Below, one piece after another: positions 36,295-49,661 of a stretch of 64,000 nt of DNA. The stretch is from Phoronis australis (lineage: Eukaryota; Animalia; Phoronida): positions 43,820-107,819 of the forward strand of contig NMRA01000108.1 of the NCBI GenBank assembly GCA_002633005.1, written 5' to 3'. Within the stretch, counting starts at the first letter, position 1, and every line of letters starts with the position of its first letter. Position numbers and translations under genes: made by a program. The notes beneath the pieces are model-generated. The model was not told the DNA's origin. It saw only the letters and a list, made by a program, of their open reading frames with translations, and ran no database searches.

Positions 36295-39200
36295 TAGACC
36301 GGCAGCCCAGAGCACTTAGCATATATGAACGAGGTACCAACATCTGACCACGGGAGCATTTAAAGTCCACCTCAGTATGTACAGAAATGGACGTCTGCCG
36401 TTGTCTGCACTCTGGGTGTGACCCCTGGGGGCCTTACAAAGAGCCCAAAAATGAGCTAGACTAGACATTCGAGGTACCGGCCAAAACTGATTTTAAACGA
36501 ATAATAGTACCGCACTGAACACCAAATGACCCATGACAAATAAATTGTACTCTGGAATGGGTCCGGCAGAAACCAAAAAAGGATTCCCCAAAAATCAGCT
36601 AGCACGTACATTCGAGGTACCACACAAAACCAATTCCATATGGTTCAATACATGTAAAAGATCACTAAAACCCCTATGACAGACAAACTACACTCTGGAT
36701 TGTGCCCGGCAGAAACCCCAAAAAATCTCAACCACGGTATGCCATCAAAATTTGATCTAGACTAGATTTTCGAGGTACCGGCCAAAACGGATTTAAAACG
36801 AACAATAGTGCCGCAATGAACATTGAATGACCCACGACAGACAAACTGCACTCTGGAATGGGTCAGGCAGAGACCAAAAAAGAGCCGCCAAAAATGAGCT
36901 AGCACATACATTCGAGATACCATAAAAAACAATTACATGAGATTCAATACATGTCACAGGTCACTAAATGCCCTATGACCGGAAGACAAAATACACTCTG
37001 GATTGTGCCTGGCAGAAACCCTCAAAAATCTCAACCACGGTTTGCCATTTTTGAGACAGTTAGATTTTCAAGGTATCGGCTTAAACTGATTTAAAACCAA
37101 CAATCGTACTGCACTGAACACCCAGTGACCCGTGAAAGACAAATTTTACTCGGAAATAGTCGGCTAGAAACCCAGAAGGGACCTTAAAAAATGGAGGTAC
37201 AATCGTCCATGCAGCTTTCTCCTTCTAGTTCAAGTACTGGGTGGGAAATCCAAACAACTGGACAACAAGATGTTAAAAATTGCACCACGAAAATCGAAGT
37301 ACACAATTGGTGACAAAAGTGGTGTATTTATTATGTTATCTGCAAAAAGCGGGACCACAGGAAACAAAAACTAATTATAAATAACTTTCGTTCACTAAAG
37401 CCTCCTGTGTTTACTCTCATGATCACTACAAGCAAAAAGCAGACGGGTGTCAAGATGTTAGTCAGTTTACTCGCCTAGTGGTAACTTTTTGAAGCAATTT
37501 TTACATGATGTCGAAATTCAGTGTAGTGTATAGTGTTTGCAATGTTTTAGTTTCGCGGAGTCATTTGTCGATGGCCGACATAATGTCTTCCGTGATAAAA
37601 TACAAATCACCCCTAATTTGGTGCGCAGCTACGGGGTGGAGTCCCTGTGCTATTTAAATAAATATATAAACAACGATGCGTTACGGTAACGAGGGGTCTC
37701 ACTGCAGCATTGCCTGAAAATTGCATACAATGACAGGGTGTGACGTCACAGCAGCACTGTTTAGGAAAGGGAAAGTGAGGCCTCTGGAAATCCTGGAGAA
37801 AGACTCATCTGGGACACTTATCAGCTTCTTCTCAGAGTTAATAAGCGTAGATGTCCCAGATGGAAGAAAGTTAGAAGACATATGCCTCCTATTTAATGAA
37901 GGGAGGAGTCAAAGATGCCAATGAAGCGCCGATATCTGAAATTAATAGAGATGACCGGAAAAATGAACAAGGTAAAAACTGTAATTGATAAAATATAAGC
38001 AACGAAAATAATTTCAAATTTTTTCATAGTGTTAAATCAAAATACCTAGTTTCAAGTAAAAAATCAGTAAATGGTGGTGAGNCCCCCCCAAAACTAGAGG
38101 CTGGGTGCGCACATGGGTTTTATCTTTTTGTTCGTCAGCGTTTAGACAATTGGTCCCTCGTCAATGAAATTTTAACCGATGTCCAACATCAAGAAGATTG
38201 ACTGCGCATTGCTTCCTTCTTGCCGAAAGACACTAATGAACAAGCTCAAAAGAGCCCATTATGTTGCCTTGCTCTGAGACCAAGTGGATTCGGCCGATCC
38301 GGGAAACAGTTTGGATCCTCTTACAAGATGGATACTATACTCTGGTTTTGTGGATCTGCCGTTCCTGATGTCCGTTTTGAAGGTGCCGGTCTTTTACAAG
38401 AAAACCAAACCGATCAAGAGGTAAAGAAAATGGGCTATGACGAAACAAGCGAGCCCGAATCAAGCTGGAGTAGCAGTGGCGAATCTGATATTGAAACGTA
38501 TTAAAAACTAACAGGAAACTACTGTTGACATTAAACATATAGTATGTAGCTTGATACAGTGATTTTGACTATCTGTTACTATGCTGTTTGAAAGTGTTGC
38601 TCTATTTCATGTAGTCTATTTTGATTAAAGAAGGTTTTTAAAAACACGTCTGTTACTTTTCTTTCAATGTATTGTTTAGTAGTCAATGAGATGAAAGGGC
38701 TCCTTGGAAATAATTTTCGTGGTTCCTCGATCTAGCTCAAATTTAGGGGCCATGTGTTGTTGCTGACGTACATGTATCCTTTCTGCTGGCAGTTTTGATA
38801 GCGTTTTATATTTTACAAAATCTGCGTTCTTAAACTTCACTAAGTGGGTTGGTTTTAGACAGTTCCTGGTATCCCAAAGTTTTACTGTTATCAGGTACTT
38901 TCCAAAATGCTTACTCTCCGCCATCATCCATTTGACATCCAGTGTGAGAGCTCAGTAGACGCAAAAGTATAAGCTCATTATCTAATAAGTCATATATATT
39001 CAAAATTACTGACCGGTAGTTGAGATTTCTGGGGCTGGCGAGCACAACCCACACTGGGTTTTAACTGTCATAGCGTATTTGGTAACCAGAAACATCTATT
39101 TGAATCACATAGAATTGTTTATTGTGGTACCCCGAATGATGACCTAGCTTCTTTTACGGAGTAATTGAGTTTCTGGCGAACGCCTTCCAGAGCACAATTT

Positions 39201-40040
39201 GTTGTCTGTCATGGTCATCAGGTGGATTATTGGTTTTAAGTCAGTTTTAGCCGGTACCTCGGGTATCTAAGGTACCTCAAAGTTTTGATAGCATATATTG
39301 TGGTTGAGATTTTTAAGGGTTTCTTCCAGGCACAATCCAGAGTGTATTTTGTCTGCTATAGGGCATTTAGTGACCTGTGACATGTATTGAACCTCGCGGA
39401 TTGGTTTTGTGTGGTACCTCAAATGTATGTGCTAGCTCATTTTTGGGTGTCCTTTTTTGGTTTCTGCCGGACCCATTCCAGAGTGCAATTTATCTGTCAT
39501 GGGTCATTTGGTGTTCAGTGCGGTACTACTGTTCGTTTAAAATCAGTTTTGGCCGGTACCTCGAAAATCTAGTCTAGGTCAAATTTTTGATGGCATACCA
39601 TGGTTGAAATTTTTGGAGGTTTCTGCCGGGCACAATCCAGAGTGTATTTTGTCTGTCATAGGGGTTTTAGTGATCTGTGACATGTATTGAATCACATGGA
39701 ATTGGTTTTGCGTGGTACCTGGAATGTATGTGCTAGCTCATTTTTGGGGGTCCTTTTTTGGTTTCTGCCGGACCTATTCCAGAGTGCAATTTGTCTGTCA
39801 TGGGTCATTCGATGTTCACTGCGGTACTATTGTTTGTTTTAAATCAGTTTTGGTTGGTACCTCTAATATCTAGTCTAGCTCATTTTTGGGCTGTTTTGTA
39901 AGGCCCCCAGGGGTCACACCCAGAGTGCAGACAATGGCAGACGTCCATTTGTGTACATACTGAGGTGGACTTTAAATGATCCCGTGGTCAGATGTTGGTA
40001 CCTCGTTCATCTATGCTATGTGCTCTGGGCTGCCGGTCTA
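36295..40040 (+). mobile_element. Internally deleted Academ (XPG-type) DNA transposon with ~0.9-kb TIRs
   Basis: Termini TAGACCGGCAGCCCAGAGCAC...GTGCTCTGGGCTGCCGGTCTA. Flanks TCG / TCA form a 3-bp TSD with one mismatch. TIRs are built of ~300-bp tandem units. Internal XPG-like coding remnant. Confidence 0.88.
37700..38504 (+). pseudogene. Academ XPG-domain C-terminal remnant
   Basis: LHTMTGCDVTAALFRKGKVRPLEILEKD (H3TH GCD motif), NEA..YLKL and IDCALLPSCRKTLMNKLKRAHYVA, then an acidic tail ending 38504. Frameshifted, with a probable intron starting AG|GTAAAA at ~37972. Confidence 0.75.
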
Positions 40041-40309
40041 TCAGTCTCACCGGCGGTGTTCTTAAGCCTGGGTTCCTGACTGAATTGTACTTCCGGTTTC
40101 GTGGTTAGTTCAAAATGCCGGTCTTTTCTTCGGGTCGGAATCGTGAATGACGCGTTTATTTAAATTTTTTTCGACTACAGATTGCGTATTGGTTGTAAGA
40201 CAGGTTCTTTGTGGTTCCTTAGCATTTCTCCTAACCGTTTAATACGGGTTGGACTTTGAACCTTCCTTAGTAGAAAGAGCCTGGTCTAACTTGGCTGAAG
40301 ACATTGGCT

Positions 40310-40520
40310 TGTACTTTCATGTACTTTCCTTGATCTTTCTCTTTGTCCAGCCTGTTTCACTGTCAAGTATTCGGATGTTGTTCCACTGGATATTGTGTTA
40401 TTTCGACCACATATTTTCTGCAGCTACTCCTGATGAGTTATTGCCCTCACTAAAACACTTCTTGTGTTCAGCAATTCGTATCTCCTGTGGTCTTAATGTT
40501 TCACCTGACAATGTCCGGAG
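40310..40520 (-). pseudogene. Penelope-like element GIY-YIG endonuclease fragment
   Basis: Minus strand reads SGETLRPQEIRIAEHKKCFSEGNNSSGVAAENMWSK*HNIQWNNIRILDSETGWTKRKIKES, matching the Penelope pattern GET.R.L..R..EH...S..A.H....H.I.W....IL..E.....R...E. Confidence 0.8.
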
Positions 40521-43500
40521 AATTGACCTACTGAAAGCCGTGATAATTTAAATAAACAAGTAGTTGGTGTACAAAGACCAAGCGATTTTAAAAATAGTTG
40601 TAACACGCCACCACCTCACAGAGGTTTTAGAGAGTCACTGACAGGCTTGCACTTGTCCTTAAATTGTGGGAAAGTTCACGTCTTGTTTTCGGTCAGCCTC
40701 AAACATGGGTCGCTGACGTACATGTAGTTGGGGCCATAACGGGAAGAATGAGAGTACATCACCTTTAGGTTTACCATACTCTATATCATTCGCCTGGGTG
40801 TCCATGGACTCAACGCACATGTCACTCTCAGTTTGTATTATATTATCCACTAGGTGATAAACCCAAAACGATATACATGTAGCCTACTGTAAGAAGGACG
40901 AAAGGTGTTCGAAGTTCAAAATGAATTTAGGAAACTTACGACTGTTCCACGGAAGTGGGCATCTGATCCCTGACTACAGCATCACAAGACATGTTATAAA
41001 TGTATAGTTAGCAAACCAACCTAGCAGAAATGCAGTAGCTGCTAATTGTTGCCAATGTTGGTAATAGTCGCAAGGTCATAATCACTGACGTGGTAACTAG
41101 GACACAACAGGATAATACCATGATCGCAGCAGTTAACCATTCAGTACTGCAGTAATTAAATTGGGCGTTCATGCATATTGTTGTTTTTTCAAAATGTTTA
41201 TCTGAAAAGTTTCCGGCCATTACTTTATAAGGTAGAGCATCATGAATATTTTGGCACAAAATATTCCGTTTTTTGGTGCAAAAAGCTTTGGTGAGTAAAG
41301 GTGATTTTCAATCGAATTAACAGAACACTAGAGTGTCAAGTTTAGATAAATTTTTAGTATTCTATTTTGATCCATTTTTGAGGTGCTCTGGGGGACAGTT
41401 TTCTGGCTGATGAGTATTTCCAATAATATTTACACCAGTTTGCTGTATGACTAAGAAATCCAACTAATAAATATGATTTTTTTGTTTCTTTTCAAGCAAC
41501 AGCCGATAGAAAGGACATGCCACCGCTTATTTTACAGTGCCTGACTATGGGCAGTATGCAGCTGTATCTCGTAAACCTCATAAAGTGGCTTCATTAATTT
41601 TTGCAAATGTGTTTCCACGGTGATCAATCAGTCGAACTCAATTTTTGGACGATTTTCATTACAGCTGGCCCCTTGGAGGCATTTTTTATAACTAGTTTTC
41701 AAGAAATGTGCCGAAAGTTTCTACCGAGGACATGATGGCTCATTCATGCATAAAAGCAACGTTTCAATATCAACCTAACATTCTGTTACGATATTTTGTT
41801 TTCTGAGTAATATACATGAGGATGGATCCGTTTAATATCGACATTTCGTTTTTTATACATGTTTTATTCTAGTGCTATGTTTATTTCCATTTCTTACTCC
41901 TAATTTGGCGAAAACTAGTATTACATTTATCAATATTTTCGAATGGTCCTAACCTGTGCTGACCACCGTGACAATTTTAGCATTTTGGAAAGCGTTCTTA
42001 TGTCAAGCCTGGGCTACCCCGTCAACTGCTAACTGGTGCTGTTTCCTGGTAATCTGAGTTTTGTAATTTTTACAGGATGCTAGTCGTTTAACAGATTCTA
42101 CCAAAAACTGATTTGTCACTTGTTGTAAAACTTCCATAAGAGATAAAAGTAACCACTCTAAAAATGTTGAATGCATGGGTTTCAAACAGGCAATGTACCT
42201 GAGGCTCACATCTAGAAAAGTGATCTCAATACACATTAATATATAAACTAAAATGTTCCTAGCAATCTCTCACTACAGCCAGTAACTTAGAATTTCATCA
42301 CCACAAGCTGAACCAAAATCACGTTAAATGTCAAAGTGAACATACTTAATCGTTACCATGGCACCTGAGTATCATAAAAGTGTTCCTCCTCAACTAAAAT
42401 CTAACAAGCATGATAATAATAGAATATGAAACTACGAGACTGAAGGATCCGAGTAAGCGTCACACTCCATAAGCCAAATATAACTTATTTCTATAAATCA
42501 AGTAAGTTATTTCACATTTTGCTGCATTGATATATCCAGAGGTAGAAAGCAACTAATCACAAAACATGAATCAAAAGCACAACTTATGCATAAAATGTAG
42601 AAAAACATATGTCCTCTTGTGACACATAATCATACCTTGAAGAAAAATTGACTAGCAAACATAAAAACGATTTCAAAACCATTTCAATAATTTTAGCAGT
42701 CGTCAATTTTTACTTTTCTGATGTTTTGTGGAATGGCTCTTAAACAGGGTTGTAATTTTGTACACCGGAAACGAAAAAAGGTATTGTCTGCACACGTCGA
42801 GACTGCTATGGAGTGAACACATTTATTGGGACCAAATAAACAACACAAGGATAATATGTATTTCAAATTGTATTGAGAGTTTCAGGGTCACATCTCTACA
42901 AATAATTATTTCACATAAGTTACCGGATGGGTACCTTAATTAAAAGTCGATAACACACGCATCTGCGATTCCCAATGTGTAATAGAGTGTTCGCTACTAG
43001 TGGCACATGTTAGTATAGTATCAAATGGGTATTGACCGATTGCCTTCCGAGTGGGTCGAGCAAAACAGCGAATTCAATAATAAGTACCATGAGGGTACAA
43101 ACTGCCAAATGGGCAAATATCATAAAAAGTACCAAGTGGGTACACCAAACAGCCAACCGTGCTATAGCAACCTGGCAGAGCAGGTTCCGGACAAGCTGAG
43201 TAAGCAGACAAGCCGGAGTGATAAAAAGAGATATTGTAGGGAGCACGTTGTTGTGGCTCAGTGTGTGCCATTTATCTGCCGAAATACTACAGGGAATATA
43301 GATGCACGGAAATCAAGGTCTTCGAAACTATTCACCGTAAGATTTTTCTTTTTACCATTGTCTTGTCAGTCCGTCACTTCCATGGTTCATCGAGAGGTGA
43401 AATCACATTCACTTACATGTAGTTCTTTGGCTGGCATTCGAGTCAAATCAGGATGTCATTAAATCAAAATTTATTGCAAAAGATGACACAGCGGCCGACT

Positions 43501-44868
43501 ACATTTGTAACTGTTAGTGAAAAGTTCAAAGAGGCGAAAAATAATCGTTAAGGTCCTCCATGGTTCCCTAAGTGTATCAATGGAATCCGATTTCATTAAC
43601 ACTTACTAATTCAACAAATATTTTTCTCAAGTTGTTTTGATTTATGTCCAATTAAAACATTTGAGAAAAATACATCGATAGCCCTTCAGTTACGTTTCAG
43701 AGCTCAGTATTGGTTAAATGCATACGGGACATGTATAAGTCATAGAACTGTACACATGGAATGAGAGCTCCAGCATGTGGCCAATGTATGCTATTGTTAG
43801 AAGTAGCGACCGAGACCATCAGGGAGAGTTTGCACAGTTTACTTCTGTCACATGCACCATCAAAATACAAAATTGACACATTATTCATTAGAAATGAAGG
43901 CGAATGAAGTTCATCTGTACATGCATTCAAAATTAAAACATTTCCCTGAAGGGAAATGTATATAATATTGTCTTTGTTAGACTTGTTTGTGGGCTAACAT
44001 GAACAATATGGCTGGGTAACCAAGTCGTACGTTGATATAATAGAAAAACCTGCCTATTTTAAATTAATATACTCCATTCAAAATGTCCGCAAAACATCTA
44101 ACATGACTAAGTGCTGTGTGATTTAATTGTGCTCTTTTTTTCTTGTAATGTATCTTAAATGTAACTTAACCAAGTGCTTGGGACCAGTCTAGCAGGATGT
44201 TATTGAAACAAAAACGTTAGTGGTCAGTATTTGCTACTGAAGAAAGCAAATTCACGAAACGCGTAGCTCTACACTGTATATAGTACTAAAGGGTTTAATA
44301 TAAAATTATAGTACATGAATGCAGGAAAACTCCTATGCACGGACGGCAGACACCGATTGATCATATATATATGACTTCGAATTTGACCCTCAGATCTGAG
44401 GCACTGTGGTTCAATTGATCCTGACACATTTTTCAAAAATGCTTCCTCTGCCCCAGACCACGTTCGGCACTCACTACTGAAAATGCCATGGAGCGTACGA
44501 CATGCCACATTGCAGAGACTGTCATTTCTTTTACAGCCCTGCAATAAATTTCTGTTTGATTATTGCACAAATCGATATAGATCATAATATAGAGGCAATT
44601 GGTCTGAAACAAAAATTGTTTTCGTGACGGAAACCTGATTTAAAGCGGTTTAAAGAGGACATTTTATGCACATTTAGTGTTCAAGGCGTAAAACTGTTGA
44701 ATGGGGTCCCTTCATTTTTCAACAAAGAGCCCGCCATTCAGTGTAATCCTGCTGTACAAATCCACAGACCAGCCCCCCCCCCCTTAACAACGCACATGCG
44801 ACGAAAATGCTCCATTCGAAGTAACAAAATTTCAGTATCGGAGATCAGATACCTTTCAGGCACTTTAA

Positions 44869-45762
44869 AGGATATCAAGCCCGGTTATGGCCTTCTAAAA
44901 CATACTAAAGCGATTTTCCTATCCAATTTGCTGAAATGAAATAATGCTCTGTAACTTTCGACAACCTGAGAGGTTTGGAGGAAAATTTGAAAGCTGCTTT
45001 TAAAGTCTGTCTAAGGAAAAGCGTGACCTACGCTTTCAGAGAGTTACACCTCAACTGTGGGAGAAGATCACCCAACTAACATCATAATGTCCAATCTGTG
45101 AGATAGATGGTGTGAGTTTGTAGTTGATTCATTCACTTATCTTTAAAGATTGACGACAATGATGCATAATCTGTTGACAAAACTAGAATTAGTCTAGTAT
45201 CTTTTTATCGTTCCACCTGTTGAGTTTGTGGATGGTATTTTCATAATTTTGGCCGAATTGGTGAACTTTACGTACGTGAATTACTTGCATACGTTACTCT
45301 TGTTAGTGACGTTAAGTAAATATTTAGAGGTGCAAAGTAATTATTTGCGGCGTATATTAGGAACGTAAATTAGCATTAATTTATTTTTCAGTTTATTTCT
45401 CTAATAAAGGACATAGGCCCGCAAATATTTACTTTAGGCCCCAAATAATTGCTTTTCCACGGACAATTTTCGACGTTTTAGGAGCAACGTAATGTAAGCA
45501 TTTCATATTCTCGATGAGGTCGAAAAAATGATATACCAGCTTTCTTCACACCTTCATAGTTCGGACATGCGAGAACGATGCACTGCAATATAGCGGCATT
45601 TACTTTGCAAATGAACCCCTGACGTCGCTTCGTCGTTTGTCACCTTTCTCACAGCTTAACGCGACACCTCTCAGCAAGGTAAGGCCGACCATATGCCAGA
45701 CAATGTGGCTATAGACCGATTGAGACGGTAAAAAAACTAATTAAATCGGGTGGCATTATCCT
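44869..45762. mobile_element. Kolobok-type non-autonomous element
   Basis: TTAA|AGGATATCAAGCCCGG ... CGGGTGGCATTATCCT|TTAA: TTAA target duplication, RR...YY ends and a short imperfect TIR. Confidence 0.5.
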
Positions 45763-47094
45763 TTAAGTCCATTAAATTCAATGTATAGTTTACTCAAGCA
45801 AATACTTTTTGTTTTTTAAGTTTGAAGAATTTTAGGTCCATGGCACAAATACTGTGAAGTCCACCTTGTCCACTTCGCACTTGGTTTACTTCAGTGATAA
45901 CAACTATAACTTGACCTACTTTTAAGTATGCTAAGGGCTTACCCGAACGTGACTTCAGACAGTGTCACATACCTAAAACGCTTTAGTGCTATTTAAATAA
46001 ATTAGGTAAGGAAAACCCAGTTGACATTGCGAGTAAATGTTGAAATAGCGACCATGGTTAGGACGTGTACAAGTTGTATTGAGCCAAAACAGGTTTTAAC
46101 CGAATAATTAAGCGATGACCATCAGGTTTTGAAGACTGGTTATGTGTTCCGCTTTTTCTCGGATTCGGCACATTCTCTTAATTTCCACTTAGAAACACTG
46201 GTTCTTTAAAGTGGCTAAGTGAATTTTATTGAAACAGTCAAATTTTATTTTTATTTTTATTTATCAGTCTCAGAAATGCTGTTACGATTTTCTTTTAAAC
46301 GCCTAGTTGTTGCGTATCGTAAGACAGACAAATACATATCCCCTGTTTTACAACAATATCTTACGTTTCGCGAGTTACCATTCCACGAGAACATCAAAGG
46401 AAACTAAAAATCACTCTAGGGGTCATCTTCTACATTCAACTTTGTTATGTGGCTCTGATACAAAATCATAGTTTTTCTCTTAAAAACCTGTATGCCTTCA
46501 AAGGTTTGCGGAGAAAATGACACGATTTTGCACAAATAAGTGGGTTAGGAAGTGGGACATAAAGATCACCAAAGGAATTTGATAGTAATGGGCAATTCCG
46601 TGAAAAGTTTCATCTCGAGAACAAAAAGTAAGATGATGACTAGACATGTACTAACATTTCTGGTCTCATCTGAAAGCCCAATCTCTGTAATTTTAGGATC
46701 CATGTTTGACTGTTCTATAACTTTCAATTTCTTGCCTAAATGGCCCCATTATTGGGGGTCACTTGACCTTGAAAATTAGCTCGATTTACGTGTGTGTGTT
46801 GCTAGATATTGCCATAAATAAGCCAATTATAGGTATTTCACTATATTAGCAATCATAAGAAGCCCAAACTTAATAAAAAGCAACATTTCAACTACGACAC
46901 ATCATTGACCTGTTGGGGTCAAAGTAAAACTCCTGGGTATCATGGTGCAGTACATCTGTCTCAAAAAATTGTTAAAAAGTCTAGTTACGTTGAAATTTTT
47001 AATTCAAAATTAAAATAATTTCAGATTCTCTTCTAACTTTTTTCTCAATACTATTGACCAAAATGTTAGATTCCAGGGATCAATTGTTAGGCCA

Positions 47095-48790
47095 GAAATT
47101 GCGTGACAGACGTACGGCAAATGTGTACGTCCGTCACGTACGTCCGTCACATCCATGAAATTGCATTTTTTCAGCCAATATAAATAAAAAGTCTTATTTT
47201 TACTTTCTAAACCTGCTCAAGATAAAACTGTATCTCACATCTTAGATCCCTGAAACGATTAAATATTACAAAGGCAGCTTTGAAATTAGGTAATTAAAGC
47301 TGCTACAGATTTAAACTTGATGCATAGGTCTTTGCAATGTCAAAAGTATTTTCAGAAAAGTTATAGTTCACAATGCCGTCTAGTTATTCTTAGCAGTATT
47401 CAACTTATTAAAATCAGATTCTTGGATCACATTATAAAATGTAAACGAAACGAAATGACAATTTAATGATCATGTTGTTTTTCTGTTGCTGCCCAGTGTT
47501 TGTAAAGAAATGCATAGATTTCAAGACGCAAAAAGTATTCATATGAAAGAATTCCTAGGGTGCTCTAGAGTATAAATAACAAGATACCTAAAGAAATATA
47601 TGTCGAGTTATTGTTGCGATGGAATCAACGAATCATTTCTGCTATGACCTGCTATGCTATGTTTTACAGTAAAAACGCCGATACTGGGCATTTTAAACGG
47701 TAGAAACCTGTCACCTACTTTATTGAGCATTTTTATCACAGACTCACTGACTAGAGTCACTCTTTTTGTGTTCTTAGTGTCTTCGATCGCTTGTATGATA
47801 TGATTTCATAGCGAATGATTACACCGTCTCATCGTAAATATTTTTGATCTTGTGATGTTTTTAAGATTTAGTCAAGACCAATTTTTTTTGCTCAGCTTCG
47901 AGAAGATTAAACTGATGTTTAGAAATAAAAGACGAAATTGTTGGAGACCATAGGAAAAACAGATGCGATTGGGAGAAAAATAAGTATCTGCTGAAATATT
48001 CTCTGAATCTCGAAAAAAACCCATCTTATATCAAGAAGTTCATCTTTGTACCTGTGTGAACGTTGATGTGACATTAGTTAACGCCTCTCTTTAAAATTGA
48101 CCAGCAGAGATCTACATATTTCCAAGTTATTTTTCTAAATGCTATGAATTTACTATGTCTTGCTTTCACACTGCAAGGAGCACCGTTTTTTCAATCAAAA
48201 TATAAATGCCATAAGTCGACACTGTCAACTAAACCAGGCTTCACACTTTGTTATCAGTAGATACTGAAGTCCTGTTACAAATACTTTTAAAACATTACCT
48301 TTAGTATTTACATGGTTATGTATCAGAACCATCAACGACATGGACCAGAGAATAAGTTCGTACCTCCTTAGGACAAGTCCTAATTGAAAACAATGACAAT
48401 GCGTTTTTATTAGAATAATTGGTAAGTTTTTAAACTTTATTTCACGTTTAGTATTTTAACAGTCACATTTGCTTATTGTTTTCAAATTAGTACTCTACTC
48501 AACGCATAAAAACAGTTTTCCTGGTAACCAACACGTGCCAAATACAAAATGATTATCACTCTCATTCCAATCTACAGTGCGTATCATCTTCTAAGGGAAG
48601 TGGGGGTTTTAGTTGGTTGTTTTATATCTTTAATCCTATGTATTGAAAAGGTAAAATCCCAGAGCACTTTCCCAGTATAGGTCTACCAGTAATGATTTCG
48701 TGCAAAAGAACAATTGGTACATTGTGATTAAAAAATTGAATCACAACTAGAAGATCAATATAGCTTAAATACTGCAAAAGTTTGAATCAT
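47095..48790 (+). repeat. Unclassified interspersed repeat, copy 1 (inverted relative to 62390-64000)
   Basis: 47170-48790 is colinear with the reverse complement of 62390-64000, e.g. AATATTACAAAGGCAGCTTT, GGTAGAAACCTGTCACCTACTTTATTG and AATACAAAATGATTATCACTCTCATTCC. GTACGTCCGTCAC motifs at 47100-47150. Confidence 0.85.
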
Positions 48791-48811
48791 TTAGGAACGG
48801 GTAGCTAATTA

Positions 48812-49661
48812 ATGTTTTCATCTTGCCCTGCGGAGCACAGATGTCCGCCGGCGCACGGAAGGCCAGGCGGCCCGGCTTTGCCGGCTAGCAGCGTATTCCA
48901 ATATTTCTGACTAAGGTGGAATTATTCCTGTTACTTTAAACTTATTTAATACTTACATCATACCCGTTTGGCACCATGATAAGTTTTCTACCTGAAGTTA
49001 TTTCGCCACCAATTGGTATTCGTCAACCGCCCGGCCGTAGCGAATTAAGTCGCACCTAATTTATTTTCCATATATTCGCAGGTTAAACTGTCAGGATATT
49101 CTAACCGTATAGCAATTTTATCAAATAATTTGATGTTGCATGTTTGTTGTACTGTCTATACTTTTTGTTTAGTAGAATTACTTAAACCCAGCAAAACACG
49201 CTTAGCCTCATGCGCCATCATAGTCGGCTGTGGTTGTTATTCAGTCGTTGGCACATGCCTGTTACTTGTCCGTAATTATACACAAGTGTCGGACACTGAT
49301 TTTGTAGGTATACGGCATTCATAGTTTGTATAAGTTCATTCCGATAAAAAAGTCGGGGACGGCACGCATTCGTTTTTGTCAGTGCGAGTGGTCTCGATCG
49401 ATCTACACCAGGTCATCGGCTGCAGGTCCGAGCCCGGCAAAATAATTTCTGTCAATATTTATTTTGCCACATTTTGTCAACATTTTCAGTACAAATTGTT
49501 CTTATTTTGGCTTTATTAAGGCTGTCGATTATTTTATCCCCGCCATTAACAGACACAGCTTTAGTCTAACAGCCGGCGTACTTAAGCCAACGGGTTCCTG
49601 AATGAAGTGTACTTCCGGTTTCGCGGGTAGTTCTTCGGTTTGGAATTGTGAGCGACGCGTA
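48812..49661 (+). mobile_element. Unclassified ~0.85-kb interspersed repeat (copy B, uninterrupted)
   Basis: Homologous to 35490-36294 plus 40044-40156. Confidence 0.8.

Larger units (their letters stand above)
35490..40156 (+). mobile_element. Unclassified ~0.9-kb interspersed repeat (copy A), split by the Academ insertion: 35490-36294 plus 40044-40156
   Basis: Colinear similarity to 48812-49661 on both sides of the insertion, e.g. CCTGCGGAGCACAGATGTCCG, GCTGTCGATTATTTTATCCCC and GTACTTCCGGTTTCG. Confidence 0.8.

Noticed and set aside
40425-40460. CTGATGAG as a hammerhead ribozyme core near the Penelope fragment
   Set aside because: It lies antisense within the endonuclease coding remnant, with no stem II/GAAA arrangement.
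42100-42190. Minus-strand peptide VVTFISYGSFTTSDKSVFGRIC resembling a potassium-channel pore
   Set aside because: Lacks the TxGYG filter and is followed by stops, so the similarity is probably chance.
43025-43462. 145-aa plus-strand ORF as a gene
   Set aside because: No recognisable domain or supporting exon structure.
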